A DNA stretch of 63,050 nucleotides, the filler included, from Octopus bimaculoides (lineage: Eukaryota): the NCBI RefSeq assembly GCF_001194135.2. It is 4 parts of 4 records of this genome, joined end to end, with 100 filler letters (N's around TTAATTAATTAA, not from the genome) between each part and the next. Parts side by side here need not be neighbours in the genome. Positions count along the whole stretch, not along the records: positions 1 to 18,572 come from NC_068989.1; 3 more parts are not named here. The stretch is one strand, 5' to 3'. The position numbers and the translations under genes are program-made. The notes beneath the pieces were generated by a model, which worked only from the letters and a program-made list of their open reading frames with translations, was not told the DNA's origin and ran no database searches. How positions within the stretch are numbered: the first letter of the stretch is position 1; each line of letters starts with the position of its first letter. This document shows, in pieces, positions 1 through 14,100 of this stretch.

Positions 1-216
1 TATATATATATATATATATAATGTACACGCATACATGCATCCATACATGTATGCGGAGGAGAAAGAGATAGAAAGAAAGAGAAAGTGCGAGAGAGGAAAG
101 ATAAATAGATTGGTACATAGTCACACAATTGGCTTGTCTGACCTCTCACGGTACACCTGTCTCTTCATCTGCCTATATAAGAACAGACGCGTATACAGAA
201 ACTCACAGATACACAC

Positions 217-300
217 ACACACATGCGCGTGCACACACATGCGCGTGCACACACATGCGCGTGCACACACATGCGCGTGCACACACATGCGCGTGCACAC
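217..300. repeat. 16-bp minisatellite (CACACATGCGCGTGCA)x5
   Basis: Read directly. Confidence 0.9.
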
Positions 301-1429
301 ACATACACACACATGTATATATGTATATACACATATATACACGTTATACCGTTATACACATAAACGTGTGAGTACATCTGTATACACATATATATACACA
401 TATACACACACACGCACATATATATATATAAGTATATGTATGTATTTGTTTATTTGTATGCATTAAAATATGTATATATGCATATATATATATCTACATC
501 TATCTACCTATTTATCTATCTATATGTATGCACGGATGTATATATGTATTACCTTTTATCTTTTACTTGTTCCAGTCATTAGTCGGCGGCCATGCTGGGG
601 CCCTGTATGTATATGTACAAATATTTATGATAAGTAGATGTACCTTGTATCCATGTTTGTTGCTCGGAATTGAAACAATACGGAAAATAGAAACGAAACA
701 ATAAAGCAACAAAAGAAAATCGAACAAAGAAAAACAAAATGAAAAATAATTATATAAAGTAAAAAATAAAAAAGTAACAATATGGCAAATAAAACAAATA
801 TTAAAACAACAACAACAACAACAAAAGAAAAAGGCTACAACAAAAGACAAAATCTGACGGAACATTCGTCCAAAATAATAACTACGACAGTCGTAAAACA
901 ATCTGGCGGACATTTTGTTTTTACAATTTTTCGATTGTTTTTTTGAACTCTGCATTGATTCTTAATTAGATGATGTTTTAAATATATTAGTTTTGATTTC
1001 TAAATTAAGAGCTATTATCTCTAACCCTCACCTTACTTATTTATTCATCTTCTTCGTCATGTACTTGAAATGTTTGTTTTCCGTTTTTCTTTTTTTCTTC
1101 TTCCTTTTTCTGCTAAGGATATTTGCACAGCTACGTCACATAACGCCTTGATATCTCGCTGGAAGGTAATTAGATGATGCAGATCTTTATTATTTCACGG
1201 TATGGTAATTACTTGTGCTTCAGATGGCAAACACCAGCGGATTAAAAGGTCTTTACCCGTTAATTAAGAATTCAACATTCATTAATAAATTGTAGATCCA
1301 ACATCATCATATATCTATGATCAACCTTAATTGACTTTTTCCCGCCTGTTAAACCTTATTTGGAGAGGTTTTTATATATTTGTATAAAATTTTGTTGATT
1401 TTATGTCATGTCTTCTTTTATATCATCAA

Positions 1430-2584
1430 CTTAGAGAAAGGGGTGGTGCGTATGTGTGTGTGTGTGCGCGCACGAGATTGTGTGAGTGTGTGCATGTGGA
1501 TATGAGTGTATGTGAATATGCGCCCTAGTCTTGTTGAGCGAATGCGTGCATGTGAGCGTATGTATATGTGTATGAATGCGTGTAAGTGTGTGTGTGTGTG
1601 TGTGTACATGTGAGCATGCATGTATGTGTGTGTTCATATGTCAGTGTGTGTGTATTGTTGTGTGAATGCATGTTTGTGCGTGTGTTGTCGAGCCAGTGTG
1701 TATTTGAGTATATGTGAGCGTATGGGTGTATGCGTGTGTGAACGTGTGTTAATTGTTGTATGAATGTACGTAGTGCTGTGTTGATGTGTGCGTGTAAGAG
1801 GCTGTGTGTGTGAATGTGTGTGTGTGTATGCATGTATTTGTTGTTGAGCTGTGTGTGTCTGTAAGAATGTGTGTATTGTTGCGTTGGCATGTGCATGTGT
1901 GTGAATGTGTGTGTGAGCGCGCGCAAATGTGTGCGTGTCTGTGTATTCCTGTGAGAATGTGTGTGTAAGTTTGTATGAGTATGCTTGACTGTGCGTGTGT
2001 TTGTGCGCATGTGTGCATATTGATGCATCGGTATGTGCTTGTTTATGTGTGTGTAAGTGTGTTTGTATGTGCATTCTTGTGTGAGTACATGTGTATGGTT
2101 ACATCTATATCTTTGTGTGTGTTTCTGCATGTTTGTGTCCGCGTGCGTAACTGTGCGTATGGGAGTGCGTATGTGTGTGTACGTATGCATGGGAGTGAGT
2201 ACATGTATTATGTAAATATATATATGCAAGAGAGTGGGAGTATGTGTATGTGCCGGCGTGTGCATATTTGTGTGTTTGTATCAGTGTGCATGTGGGAATG
2301 TTTATGCAAATGTGTGCGTAAGTATATGGGTGAAAGCCCATGTGTGTTTGAATGTGTACGCGCTTATGTATATGTCGCTATATTTATATGTGCGAGTGTG
2401 CGTGAGCGTGTATGTGTGTGAGTGTGTGTATATGAATGCCAGTGTGTATGTGTGTGAATATGTGTATATAAATGCTAGGGTGTATGTGTGTGCGAATATA
2501 TGAGAGTGTGTGTGATTATCTGAGTGTGTACGATTATCTGTGTGAGTGTGAGTATATCGGAGTGTACGCGTGTTCTTGTAAATA

Positions 2585-2621
<37 letters not shown>

Positions 2622-2645
2622 ATTTATCCGTGAGTATATACATGC
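1430..2645. repeat. Cryptic degenerate (TG)-rich array
   Basis: 1.2 kb of TG/TATG variants; source of the H/T- and C/V-rich ORFs. Confidence 0.9.
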
Positions 2646-2661
2646 GTGTCTATGGTTGTGA

Positions 2662-2990
2662 AAGGGCGTGGCTTATTGGTTAGAGTATTTGGCTTATAAT
2701 CGTAAGGTCTTGCTTTCGATTCCTGGCGGCGTGTTGTGTCTTTGAGCAAGATACTTTATTTCACGTTGCCTCAGTCTGCTCAGCTGGCAAAAATGAGTAG
2801 TACCTGTATTTCAAAAGGCTAGCCTTGTCACATTCTCTGTCACGCTAAATCTCCTTGAGAACTACGTTAAGGGTACACGTGTCTGTGAAGTGCTTAGCTA
2901 CTTGCACATTAATTTCACGAGCTGGCTGTTCCGTAGATCATATCAACTGAGACTCTTGCTGAGTGGTCATAACTGACGGAGTGCCAGCTG
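2662..2990 (+). mobile_element. SINE family C (tRNA-Arg-like head, CORE-like centre)
   Basis: GGCGTGGCTTATTGGTTAGAG...TTCGATTCCTGG, then TTGAGCAAGATACTTTATTTCACGTTGCCTCAGTC..CTCAGCTGGCAAAAATGAGT; shared with 4270-4480. Confidence 0.7.
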
Positions 2991-3222
2991 GATATGTGCA
3001 TATACCAGAGTTACTATCTATGCGTGCACGTCTGTATGCGAGTGTGTATGTGTGAGTGTGTATGCGCGTCTATATGAGGGTGTGTACGTGTGTTTTTATG
3101 TCGAGAGTGTGTGGTTTTGTGGATGGTACCGTCTAATCGCATTTTGATTTCAAGTCCCATCATAGTTAAATCGTTTTCTTCCTTCCGTATCTGGATTGGT
3201 GACGATAAGTACCAGCTGTAAT

Positions 3223-3643
3223 TTTTATGTTTACACTTGTTTTAGTCATTGGACTGCAACCATGCTGAGGCACCGCCTTGAAGGGTTTAGTTGAGCAAAT
3301 CGACTCCAGTACAATGTTTTAAAGTCTGGTACTTATTCTATCAGCCTCTTTTGCCGAACCGCTAAATTCTGGCGATGTAAACAAACCCACACTCGATGTT
3401 ATGAGGCGGGGTGGGACAAATAGAAATATCAAAACACACACACACACACACGTGCGCACACATATACATGCATACTTACTTACACACATACAAATACAAA
3501 CACATATACGATAAATTTCAAAGTTTCCGTCTACCAAATTCGCTCATCAGGCATTGATTGGCCCTACATGCCACGCAACGGGGCTAAAACCTAAAACCAC
3601 GTGGTTTTAGTAAACTTCTTAACCACATTGCCATGCCTGCGCT
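3223..3643 (-). mobile_element. SINE family A copy (diverged)
   Basis: Collinear with 4862-5274. Confidence 0.8.
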
Positions 3644-4269
3644 TATACTGAGATTCATACAATGGGTTATGCAATTTCTGCACAAATTTGTGATTAGAGT
3701 TATAAATCTGTCTTTATTAAGGAAGAAGATAGGAAGCAGAATGAAATAAAACTGAAATATTAGACGATACTCATCTAAACTTCAAACTATTATAAATCTT
3801 ACTTTAGTTTATGTCCTCTGAACTGAACATGTTCGGATTAAATCTTTCGTTATTTCATAATTTTCATTGTCACAGGTTTAATATAGACGGTAACAGTGAT
3901 CTGAAAGGTCACCGTCGTTAATGTTGAACACGTATCTGTACATCTATGTGCAGGCCGGGGCAAGAGAGTTTTAACAAAATCTAGCAGTTGTCCATCCATG
4001 CAACGCCACCCAAAAGAAAGTCCACTGACTTGGGCCGATACTTTTTGGTACTTGTGTCGTGGGAACTGCAAGACATCTCGTTCGACACTCTTAGAATTCC
4101 ACTAATCCACTATCTTGGATTAATATTTTTTTTTATTGGTTCTTGTATTTGAATTCAGATTGCAAAGAATTGGAACAAGTACCACAAGCTATTATATCCA
4201 GCATTCTAATGACTCTGACAATTCTCCTCTTTTGGTTAATCTTATGACTCCGTAAGGAACATAGGCCCA

Positions 4270-4480
4270 GCTGCCCGGTTTCTCTGGCTTTATAAATTCC
4301 TCTCTGGACTGGACGCCGGACCGTCGCAGGATTATTCATTTTCGCCAGCTGAGTGGACTGGAGCAATGTGAAATAAAGTGTTTTGCCCAAGAACACAACG
4401 CATCGCCCGGTCCAGGAATCGAAACCACAATCTTACGATCATGAGTCTAACACCCTAACTACTAAAACATGCGCCTCCAC
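4270..4480 (-). mobile_element. SINE family C copy
   Basis: The reverse complement matches the head and centre of 2662-2830. Confidence 0.7.
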
Positions 4481-4861
4481 TTTTAGCACTAATAAACTTT
4501 GGGATTTCGGTGATTCTAGCCTTTGACTTTACACAAAGATTCGTCTGTCCATCATTGTGTGGAGTGTAGCCGTAAGCTAGTGGATTACTCATTCATTGAG
4601 GTTGCACATCAGCATGCTGCTCCATATGGTTTCCTCTACATACCTATTGTCTGGTGACTTGCTAAAGGAACACCCTTGTTTGTTCAATTTGAAATTCGTA
4701 ACTAATGACGCTATTGTTAATCAGTAACGATATTAACATTTTTAAAAGGTCCTAAAAACGTGTTCCTCACATATATTCCATCTGGCATGGAGCAACTGTT
4801 AATGTAAAATACTTCAGATCACACCAACACCAAAACCTCAACCATAAAAAAAACCCAAAAT

Positions 4862-5274
4862 TATTTTACTCTTTTACTTGTTTCAGTAATTTGACTGCGG
4901 CCATGCTGGAGCACCGCCTTTAGTCGATCGAATCGACCCTAAGACTTATTCTTTGTAAGCCTAGTACTTATTCTATCGGTCTCTTTTTGCCGAACCGCTA
5001 AGTTACGGGGACGTAAACACACCAGCATCGGTTGTCAAGCGATGGTGTGGGGACAAACACAGACATACAAACACAAATACACATATATGTATATATATAT
5101 ACATATATTCGACGGGCTTCTTTCAGTTTCCGTCTACCAAATCCACTCACAAGGCTTTGGTCGGCCAGAGGCTATAGTGGAAGACACTTGCCCAAGGTGC
5201 CACGCAGTGGGACTGAACCCGGAGCCATGTGGTTCGTAAGCTAGCTACTTACCACACAGCCACTCCTACGCCTA
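4862..5274 (-). mobile_element. tRNA-derived SINE family A, full length
   Basis: Head GGCTGTGTGGTAAG...GGGTTCAGTCCC (A/B boxes), body CCTTGGGCAAGTGTCTTC, internal microsatellite, 3' GGCGGTGCTCCAGCATGGCCGCAGTC. Resembles octopus tRNA-derived SINEs; exact family not assigned. Confidence 0.9.
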
Positions 5275-5471
5275 CTGATTGACAAACCAGCATCACCAAG
5301 TTGCAATCACCATCTTGCTGTGTCCATTCCCTTTACAGTAATAGTCGCTGTTCTGAAGTAGCAAATTGTATAATTTCGTCAAAATCCACCCAATGAATCC
5401 ACTCCTCTACACATTTGCCATCATCAACAGTTTACTCCTGCTCCTACTTTTTTCTCCTCCTCCTCCCTCAC

Positions 5472-5630
5472 CTCCTTTTTCTGTAATTCTAGTCTTTTTG
5501 AATTCATTGTGTTATTGATAACGAAATGGTACCAATCAGATCTGCCCTCATTTGAATGAAAGGCATAGTATAAAGCAGGGTTGCGGAAGCCTTTTTCGAC
5601 ATGCAAAATATCAAACTGAACATCAGTCGC
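5472..5630 (-). CDS. Isolated candidate exon (phase 0->0): ATDVQFDILHVEKGFRNPALYYAFHSNEGRSDWYHFVINNTMNSKRLELQKKE; alternatively a decayed RTE-LINE RT fragment
   Basis: Acceptor TTTTTTTTTCTAG|, donor GAG|GTGAGG, 53 open codons. The downstream translation loosely resembles BovB-type RT, so the identity is ambiguous. Confidence 0.35.
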
Positions 5631-6364
5631 CTAGAAAAAAAATCGATGATTACTGTCTCTGCTTGTTCTTCTAAAATATTTAATAAATGAATAAATAAAT
5701 CTTACGGATATTCTAGATTGTTTTCAGTAAATTCCCTCCTCCTTTACGTTGCCCCTCCCCTCTTCATTAATCTTTCTCTTTCCTTTAAAAACTAATTATT
5801 ATTACGATATGTTAAGCTAATTGGTTGTTTCGTATCGTTGACTAATACAGGAAAGGGTAAGGAGTTGAGGAAAGGGTAAGAGGTATGATTACTGGGGAAG
5901 TAGCATACATACATAAACATGCATATATATAAACACAAATATATACATAAATGAATAAATGCATACACACAATGCACGAAACTAAATTCATCCTGTACTC
6001 ATACATTCATGCATACATGTATAAACACACACACATACATACATGCACATAAATAAATAAACAAGTAAACGCGTATACTTATACATGCATAAATATGGAC
6101 GCAAAAGAGCAAGCGAATACGGATGCATACACACGTGTATGATGCTCTTATATCCCATCTCGCTCAATATACATGCGTGTGTGAATGGAGGTGCATATAA
6201 GTGTGTGTGCGCGCGCGTGTATGCGTGTGTGTGTGTGAGAGAGAGAAAGAGAGGGAGGGAAAGAGAGAGTGCAAGTAGAGGCTAATAACTATTAGAAAAG
6301 AGTAAACGAAATCATTTGATTAACGTAATAACACACGCAATACACAAACAAGGACAGACAAACG

Positions 6365-6537
6365 GATTAAGTCGATTATATCGACCCCAGTGCGTAACTA
6401 GTACTTATTTAATCGACCCTGAAAGGATGAAAGGCAAAGTTGACCTCGGCGGAATTTGAACTCAGAACGTAACGGCAGACGAAATACTGCTAAGCATTTC
6501 GCCCGGCGTGCTAACGTTTCTGCCAGCTCGCCGCCTT
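6365..6537 (-). mobile_element. tRNA-derived SINE family B
   Basis: GGCGGCGAGCTGGCAGAA...GAGTTCAAATTCCGCCGAGG, then CTTTGCCTTTCATCCTTTC.GGGTCGAT..AAGTAC. The central block resembles the MetaSINE/Sauria-type domain as I recall it; needs alignment. Confidence 0.85.
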
Positions 6538-7507
6538 TCTACACAGCAATATCATACACCAGAAGCTACATACTTTTGATATTGCTGTTATCACACCAGA
6601 CGAAAATCGGATCACATCGCAAACCATATAACTGATGTATCCCACGGACTAAACTAACGTCACACACAGCTTGCGTTGCAAGTTTCCAAAGTTAACGGAC
6701 ACATACTAAACAATTTTTAACTCATTTCTCTTATATTGCGCGAAATATTTCATGAGTTATATAAACATACGTAATTGTAGTCTACATTCATTGATTTCGT
6801 GTTTCGCTAACAATGTCATGACGTACGAAACACAGTAGGACCGAGCAATGCGTTGCATTCTTCAGCAAAACACTTCATTTCACGTTGCTCTCGTTCATTC
6901 AGTTAGCATACGTGAGTAATAATAGTGAAGTCACGACAGGCCTGGCAAACCGGCAATGGATGGTGGGCCTACCATCAAAACAAATAGAAAGCCTCGGCAT
7001 GGACGGGAACCCACCCTGGTGTTGGGTATTAACTTAGCAGAATCTACAGGCATCCAGAAAGAAACATAACAGCGTCTAGACTGTTGTGTGATACGTCACA
7101 GGATTCCCTTGCGCATGCTGGAGTGTGTAGTATGGTCCTCAGCTTCGGATGGGATCATGCAATAACTGGAAAAACGCGTCTGTGGTTTTTACTTAGTCAC
7201 GTGGACGGCTATTTTGTATTTTGGAGTTATGGTTTAAAACTGAACCCAACACATTACTCAACATTACAACCAAATTATCCTCCAATATTTTGCTGTGAGC
7301 ATGCGCAAAGATACGCTTCTTTGCAAACTTTGTCTTTCATTGTAAAGTATGTGCAAATACGTGCCAGTAACCATCTTCATTAAAAAAAATTCAAGTTCAT
7401 CGTTAAAACCTTCTGTTCGCACATTATTTTCTTTCTTCATTAAATATTGAGCGTGCACGCACGCACCCCCCGTAAATACATACATACATGCATACATGGA
7501 TACATAC

Positions 7508-7540
<33 letters not shown>

Positions 7541-7818
7541 GGAAAATGAAAAAAAGCCAGAATGCTGAACTGGAAGCATAATTTAATAAAGATTTTTTCT
7601 AACCGGTTTTCATTGCGAGGAAGCAAATTATCAAGAAGAAGGAGAATGAAAATGTTTTTTTTTACAAAGAAGTACAAAATGAAGAACTTCTTTGTAAAAA
7701 AACATTTTCATTCTCCTTCTTCTTGATAATTTGCTTCCTCGCAATGAAAACCGGTTAGAAAAAAAATCTTTATTAAATTATGCTTCCAGTTCAGCATTCT
7801 GGCTTTTTTTCATTTTCC
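7541..7818. mobile_element. Palindromic MITE (TA target, Tc1/mariner-like): ~133-bp arms, 12-nt loop
   Basis: 7541-7673 is the reverse complement of 7686-7818 except for two homopolymer-length differences. Ends GGAAAATG...CATTTTCC, flanked by TA. Confidence 0.85.
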
Positions 7819-8692
7819 TATTATTTCTCCACGTGCGGTTAACACAACCCCACTATTTACTGACTTATATATATTTATATATATATATTTACATGTATAA
7901 ATATATACACATATATGTGTGTGCATATATATATATTTTAAATGTATAAATATACAGATATATATCTATATATATGTATCTATCTACCTAACTATCTATA
8001 TATATCTCTCTATCTATCTATCTGTCTGTATGTCTGTCTGTCTATCTATCTATCTATACATACATACATACACACATACGCATACATATATACACACAAC
8101 TATATATATATATATATATATATTTGGTATGTGTATATGTGTTTATATTTGTATATATATAAACATACATACATACTAAATATGTATATGTATTTTTACA
8201 CATTCATTCATACACACATATACCCATTCGCAGCATACCTATATTTCTGACTGTCGCTGGTAATCAGAAGCAAAACAAAGCCGATTGACAGCGAAAGAAA
8301 ACACACACCAAAAGGAATAAACTATACCAACAACAACAACAACAACAACAATAACAACAACAACAACACCACCACCACCAACATATAAATATATACATTA
8401 ATAATGAATAAAACATAACACAAAAAGAAAGAGAAGCTAGAAACAAACATACAAGCCAGAAACAAAAAGAAAAGCAGCATAAAAACAACCGAAATCAAAA
8501 TATACCGCAGCAACGCAATCAAAAGAACAAAATCATAGCAAAGACACAATAGATGCTGTTAAAGGTATCAGCGGTGCATTATAATAATCAGCCACAACTA
8601 ACGTCTGATAGAGGATCACATGAATAACATGGCTAACTTTATATACCATATGAAAGATTCATGAAGTGAACACATAAAAAAACGATATAATG

Positions 8693-8745
<53 letters not shown>

Positions 8746-9085
8746 NNNNNNNNNNNNNNNNNNNNNNNNNNNNNNNNNNNNNNNNNNNNNNNNNNNNNNN
8801 NNNNNNNNNNNNNNNNNNNNNNNNNNNNNNNNNNNNNNNNNNNNNNNNNNNNNNNNNNNNNNNNNNNNNNNNNNNNNNNNNNNNNNNNNNNNNNNNNNNN
8901 NNNNNNNNNNNNNNNNNNNNNNNNNNNNNNNNNNNNNNNNNNNNNNNNNNNNNNNNNNNNNNNNNNNNNNNNNNNNNNNNNNNNNNNNNNNNNNNNNNNN
9001 NNNNNNNNNNNNNNNNNNNNNNNNNNNNNNNNNNNNNNNTATATATATATATGTATGTATACATATACATATATATGTATATACA

Positions 9086-9120
<35 letters not shown>

Positions 9121-9273
9121 GTATACATACATATATATATATATACTCATGTATGTATATATCTATGCATATATAAACGTGCATACATGCGTACATACAT
9201 GTGCACGCAGGCATATGTATTTGTGTGTGCATATATGTGCATCCGTTTGTGTATATGTGTGTGTGTATGTGTA

Positions 9274-9322
<49 letters not shown>

Positions 9323-9474
9323 TTGTGTGTGAGTGTGTCGGATAATAACGAAAACAACAAATGATACAGAATATTGACTTAAATCTCTAGATGTGTGTGA
9401 TAACCCCTGATGGACCTATCTCTTTTGGATAGGAACAGTATTTATTAACCGATCTAACAAGTCAGATCTCTTAT

Positions 9475-9514
<40 letters not shown>

Positions 9515-10766
9515 ACGGACAACAACTACAACACCACCAACAACAATGAATTTCGCAGCTAAAGCATAGCATCGAATGTATTTATTAAAAGGAGAAAAAA
9601 ATATATCCAGAGAGAAAGGAGACAAGGAAAGCCAGTGATGGCTATTTCACTCGTATCTGGATATGCAGACAGCGAATATAGAGAAATGATGGTTGAAAGA
9701 GTGACACTTTGGATAGAAATATGGAGGAGGATAGCATTGACAGATGACTAAACAAATATGCATACAGGTGAATATAAAATGTATGTATGTATGTATGTAT
9801 GTATGTATGTGTGTGTGTGTGTATGTGAGTATGTATGTATGTTATATATTTGACGCGTAATCACAGGGTTGTGGGTTCGAGTCTCATGGCTGGCTGCCGA
9901 CAGATTTTCCTGCAAAATATGGATAGCTTATCCTGTTCATGCTGCATTATTAGGATTATCCTGCGGTTGAGAATAAAATAATTTCCTTATCTGTATCTTT
10001 CAATGCATCTCAACGCTTCTAAGGCAAACTTTATTGAATTTCAACGTAAGTTGAATTTAACGTATATATANNNNNNNNNNNNNNNNNNNNNNNNNNNNNN
10101 NNNNNNNNNNNNNNNNNNNNNNNNNNNNNNNNNNNNNNNNNNNNNNNNNNNNNNNNNNNNNNNNNNNNNNNNNNNNNNNNNNNNNNNNNNNNNNNNNNNN
10201 NNNNNNNNNNNNNNNNNNNNNNNNNNNNNNNNNNNNNNNNNNNNNNNNNNNNNNNNNNNNNNNNNNNNNNNNNNNNNNNNNNNNNNNNNNNNNNNNNNNN
10301 NNNNNNNNNNNNNNNNNNNNNNNNNNNNNNNNNNNNNNNNNNNNNNNNNNNNNNNNNNNNNNNNNNNNNNNNNNNNNNNNNNNNNNNNNNNNNNNNNNNN
10401 NNNNNNNNNNNNNNNNNNNNNNNNNNNNNNNNNNNNNNNNNNNNNNNNNNNNNNNNNNNNNNNNNNNNNNNNNNNNNNNNNNNNNNNNNNNNNNNNNNNN
10501 NNNNNNNNNNNNNNNNNNNNNNNNNNNNNNNNNNNNNNNNNNNNNNNNNNNNNNNNNNNNNNNNNNNNNNNNNNNNNNNNNNNNNNNNNNNNNNNNNNNN
10601 NNNNNNNNNNNNNNNNNNNNNNNNNNNNNNNNNNNNNNNNNNNNNNNNNNNNNNNNNNNNNNNNNNNNNNNNNNNNNNNNNNNNNNNNNNNNNNNNNNNN
10701 NNNNNNNNNNNNNNNNNNNNNNNNNNNNNNNNNNNNNNNNNNNNNNNNNNNNNNNNNNATATATAT

Positions 10767-10811
<45 letters not shown>

Positions 10812-10922
10812 GATTGTGTATACGTATATATGGGTATATATGTATATATACAAATAAATATACATATATATATGTGTGTGCATAAATGCGTGTGTGTGTT
10901 GGTATATATATATATATATATA

Positions 10923-11559
<637 letters not shown>

Positions 11560-12104
11560 GCACGCACACATACACACACACACGCACACAACACCCCACA
11601 CACGCATCCAGTATACGTAGAACGAGCAAAAAAAGTACTCCATTCGCTGAGAGATAAATACCAATTTGATACACATAAAAGCGCTACTAATAGGCTCATG
11701 CGTTTACGATACTTTAAATAGATATATATTTATAAAACACGTCATGTATTTGCAAGCAATCTTTCGGGCTCTGTATACACGTTGAATGTATTTTAAAAAT
11801 CAGGACACAGGACAGTGAGAAAATAAGAAAAAACGAGAAGAAAAACGCGAAGCAGTTTGATGCAAAACATGGAACAAGAAGAAAGAAAAGAAAGCGAGAA
11901 AACCAATATCCCCGTCTTCCCTGATAGCAGAAATCACAGTTAATCCAGCTAGTGTAGAACAATTTAACAGAAAATACGCCAAAGTCTGCGAGACAGCAAC
12001 TCAATCCGGCGTGGGTGGCATTCTCCAGTTCGATAATCGAAACCTGTTCATGTGTTAGCAACTACTACAAACTTCAGATCTGGAAGATTTAATTTGACCA
12101 ATTT

Positions 12105-12335
12105 TGACAATTTTGGCAGCAATCACAATTTTAATACATCGAGGAATAGACTCATACTGGTTCTGAACGGCTGTTTGGCAAATTTTGAGCCACTCTTTAA
12201 GTAAAACCTACTTGAGTTCTTTCAGAGACCATGGCTAAGGGACGTAACTCACCCCCTTGCAGCTCCAAAATACAGCACATATGTTTGATTGCAGTGAGAT
12301 TCGGTGATTGTGTGGGGCCAATCCAAGTAGTCCCC
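12105..12335 (-). mobile_element. Tc1-like transposase C-terminal relic
   Basis: Across frameshifts: LDWP.QSPNLTAIKHMCCILE...SLKELK*VLLKEWLKICQTAVQNQYESIPRCIKIVIAAK, matching Tc1 WPxQSPDLNxIE...EW..I....YESIPRRI.AVIAAKG. Confidence 0.8.
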
Positions 12336-12572
12336 TTCCCTTTTTTGTGTGACATAAGATAGCGGTTGTACAAATAGGAATGTAAAAAATAATGAACAGA
12401 CTTAAAAAATAAGAACTGGTATTAATTTGATCGATTATATCCTGCAAGGCTGTGCTCCTCTATGACCACAGTTCAAGTACTGAAAAAAGCAAAAGAATAT
12501 ACATGTATGTATGTATGTATGTATGTATGTATGTATGTATGTATGGATAGATAGATAGATAGACACTCTTCT

Positions 12573-12814
12573 TTCATCTTTTATCTTTTACTTGTTTCAA
12601 TTATTAGGCTGCGGCCATGCTGGGGCACCACCATGAATAATTTTTGACCGAATGAATCGACCCCAGTACTTGTTTTTAAGCTTGGTGCTTATTTTGTCGA
12701 TCGCTTTAGTCGGACCGCTGATGTTATGGGGACGTAAATCCACCAACACCTGTTGCCAAGAGATGGTGGTGGACAAACACAAACACAAATGCACAGACAC
12801 ACAGTCACACACAG

Positions 12815-12860
<46 letters not shown>

Positions 12861-13080
12861 GTGTTCACGTACATGCACGCACGTACAGACACACCCACAC
12901 CCACGCACATACAGACACACACATACACACACATACACACACGTTTATGCGACGGGCTTTTTCAGTTGTCGTCTACTAAATCGCAAGGCTTTGGTCGATC
13001 CGAGGCTGTAGTAGAAGTTACTTGTCCAAGTTACCACGCAGTGAGAAGCAAGCTTCTTACCATACAACCTCGTCTGCGCC
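12573..13080 (-). mobile_element. SINE family A copy
   Basis: Collinear; internal (CA)n. Confidence 0.85.
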
Positions 13081-13559
13081 TTATCTATGTTTCTAAAAAT
13101 TGAAAGATTTGTACTCTCAAATGATCCTGTGTTTGATTTAAATACGATGTATCTATGGCTTTGCTATAATATACGACAAGCACTTGCACAGTTTCTGGTT
13201 ATGACATTCAACTCATAAGTGTTCAGTCACTGTGATGTTAAAACAGGAGACACCCGAATAACCCGGAGCTGTGTGGTTGTGAAGCGAGCTTCTTAATCAC
13301 ACGTTTCTGTCTTCACCAATCATTAGTTTCTTAACTGTAATAGTCTGCTTGCAATCCTTGTAGTAAAGTAATAAGCTTAAGACAAAGCAATTCAGGAAAT
13401 CGGTGTGAATTCTCATTGGTATCCTACTTTTAGTCAATTTTGGTCCCGAAACTTTGCATTCTGAGTTCAAATCTCATCCAAGTCAGCATTGCCTTTCATC
13501 CTTCCAAGTCCGATGAAAAGAAGAAGAAAATAAAAGCAATCCAGAGCAGTGGATTGGTG

Positions 13560-14100
13560 TCACTATTAGAACGTCAGATTGGATGCCTTGCGATATTTGT
13601 TTCGGCTCTTTGCTTTCTGAGATGAAAACTCGCATTAACCTATGTGTGTAATAAACTGAATCCATCACCCAAATTAACACCGCTATCTGGCACCTTGAAC
13701 GCTGTAAACCGAGTCCCCTCTTCCAGGCACTCATGCCAGGTCTCCACTTTCAGCATATCTTTTCCAATCCCATCAACCTCTGATGTTACGGGTACTGCTT
13801 TTCCGCCTGACTTAAAGACATAGCTCAAGTCCTTGTGAAGGCCAACATCATCGCATAAACTTCATCTGGTTGTTACGTTTAAATATAGTTACTTGTGACT
13901 ATGATAGAAATCCACATCTGTACGATATAAGGACTAGAGCCGGATTGCAAATGGTGTACTCAGATCAACTAATCTTGTGATGATGCTTTGATTCGAAGCT
14001 GGAGCAGTTTGACGACATCTCATTCAGATCACAGACGCCAATATGTACTGTATGGACATCACAAAATTTCTTCCTTTTCTTCGTAAATTTTACTATGACT
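13560..14100 (-). mobile_element. Probable decayed RTE-clade LINE RT fragment
   Basis: VHHLQSGSSPYI (cf. VGLHQGSALSP). TAT GCG ATG ATG TTG GCC becomes YADDVGL with a 1-nt insertion. KVETWHECLEEG follows; multiple stops. Confidence 0.45.

Noticed and set aside
9600-9760. Coding exon MAISLVSGYADSEYREMMVER
   Set aside because: RRQGKP...WRRI resembles an RTE ORF2 C-terminus; likely LINE debris, too weak to annotate.
11930-12061. Kinase DFG-like LSCCLADFGV in ORF 11714-12061
   Set aside because: No HRD/catalytic loop upstream or APE motif downstream, and other frames look equally protein-like.
13640-13850. Host exon SYVFKSGGKAVPVTSEVDGIGKDMLKVETWHECLEEG
   Set aside because: Weak acceptor, in-frame stops upstream and a cryptic YADD motif; a decayed LINE explains it better.
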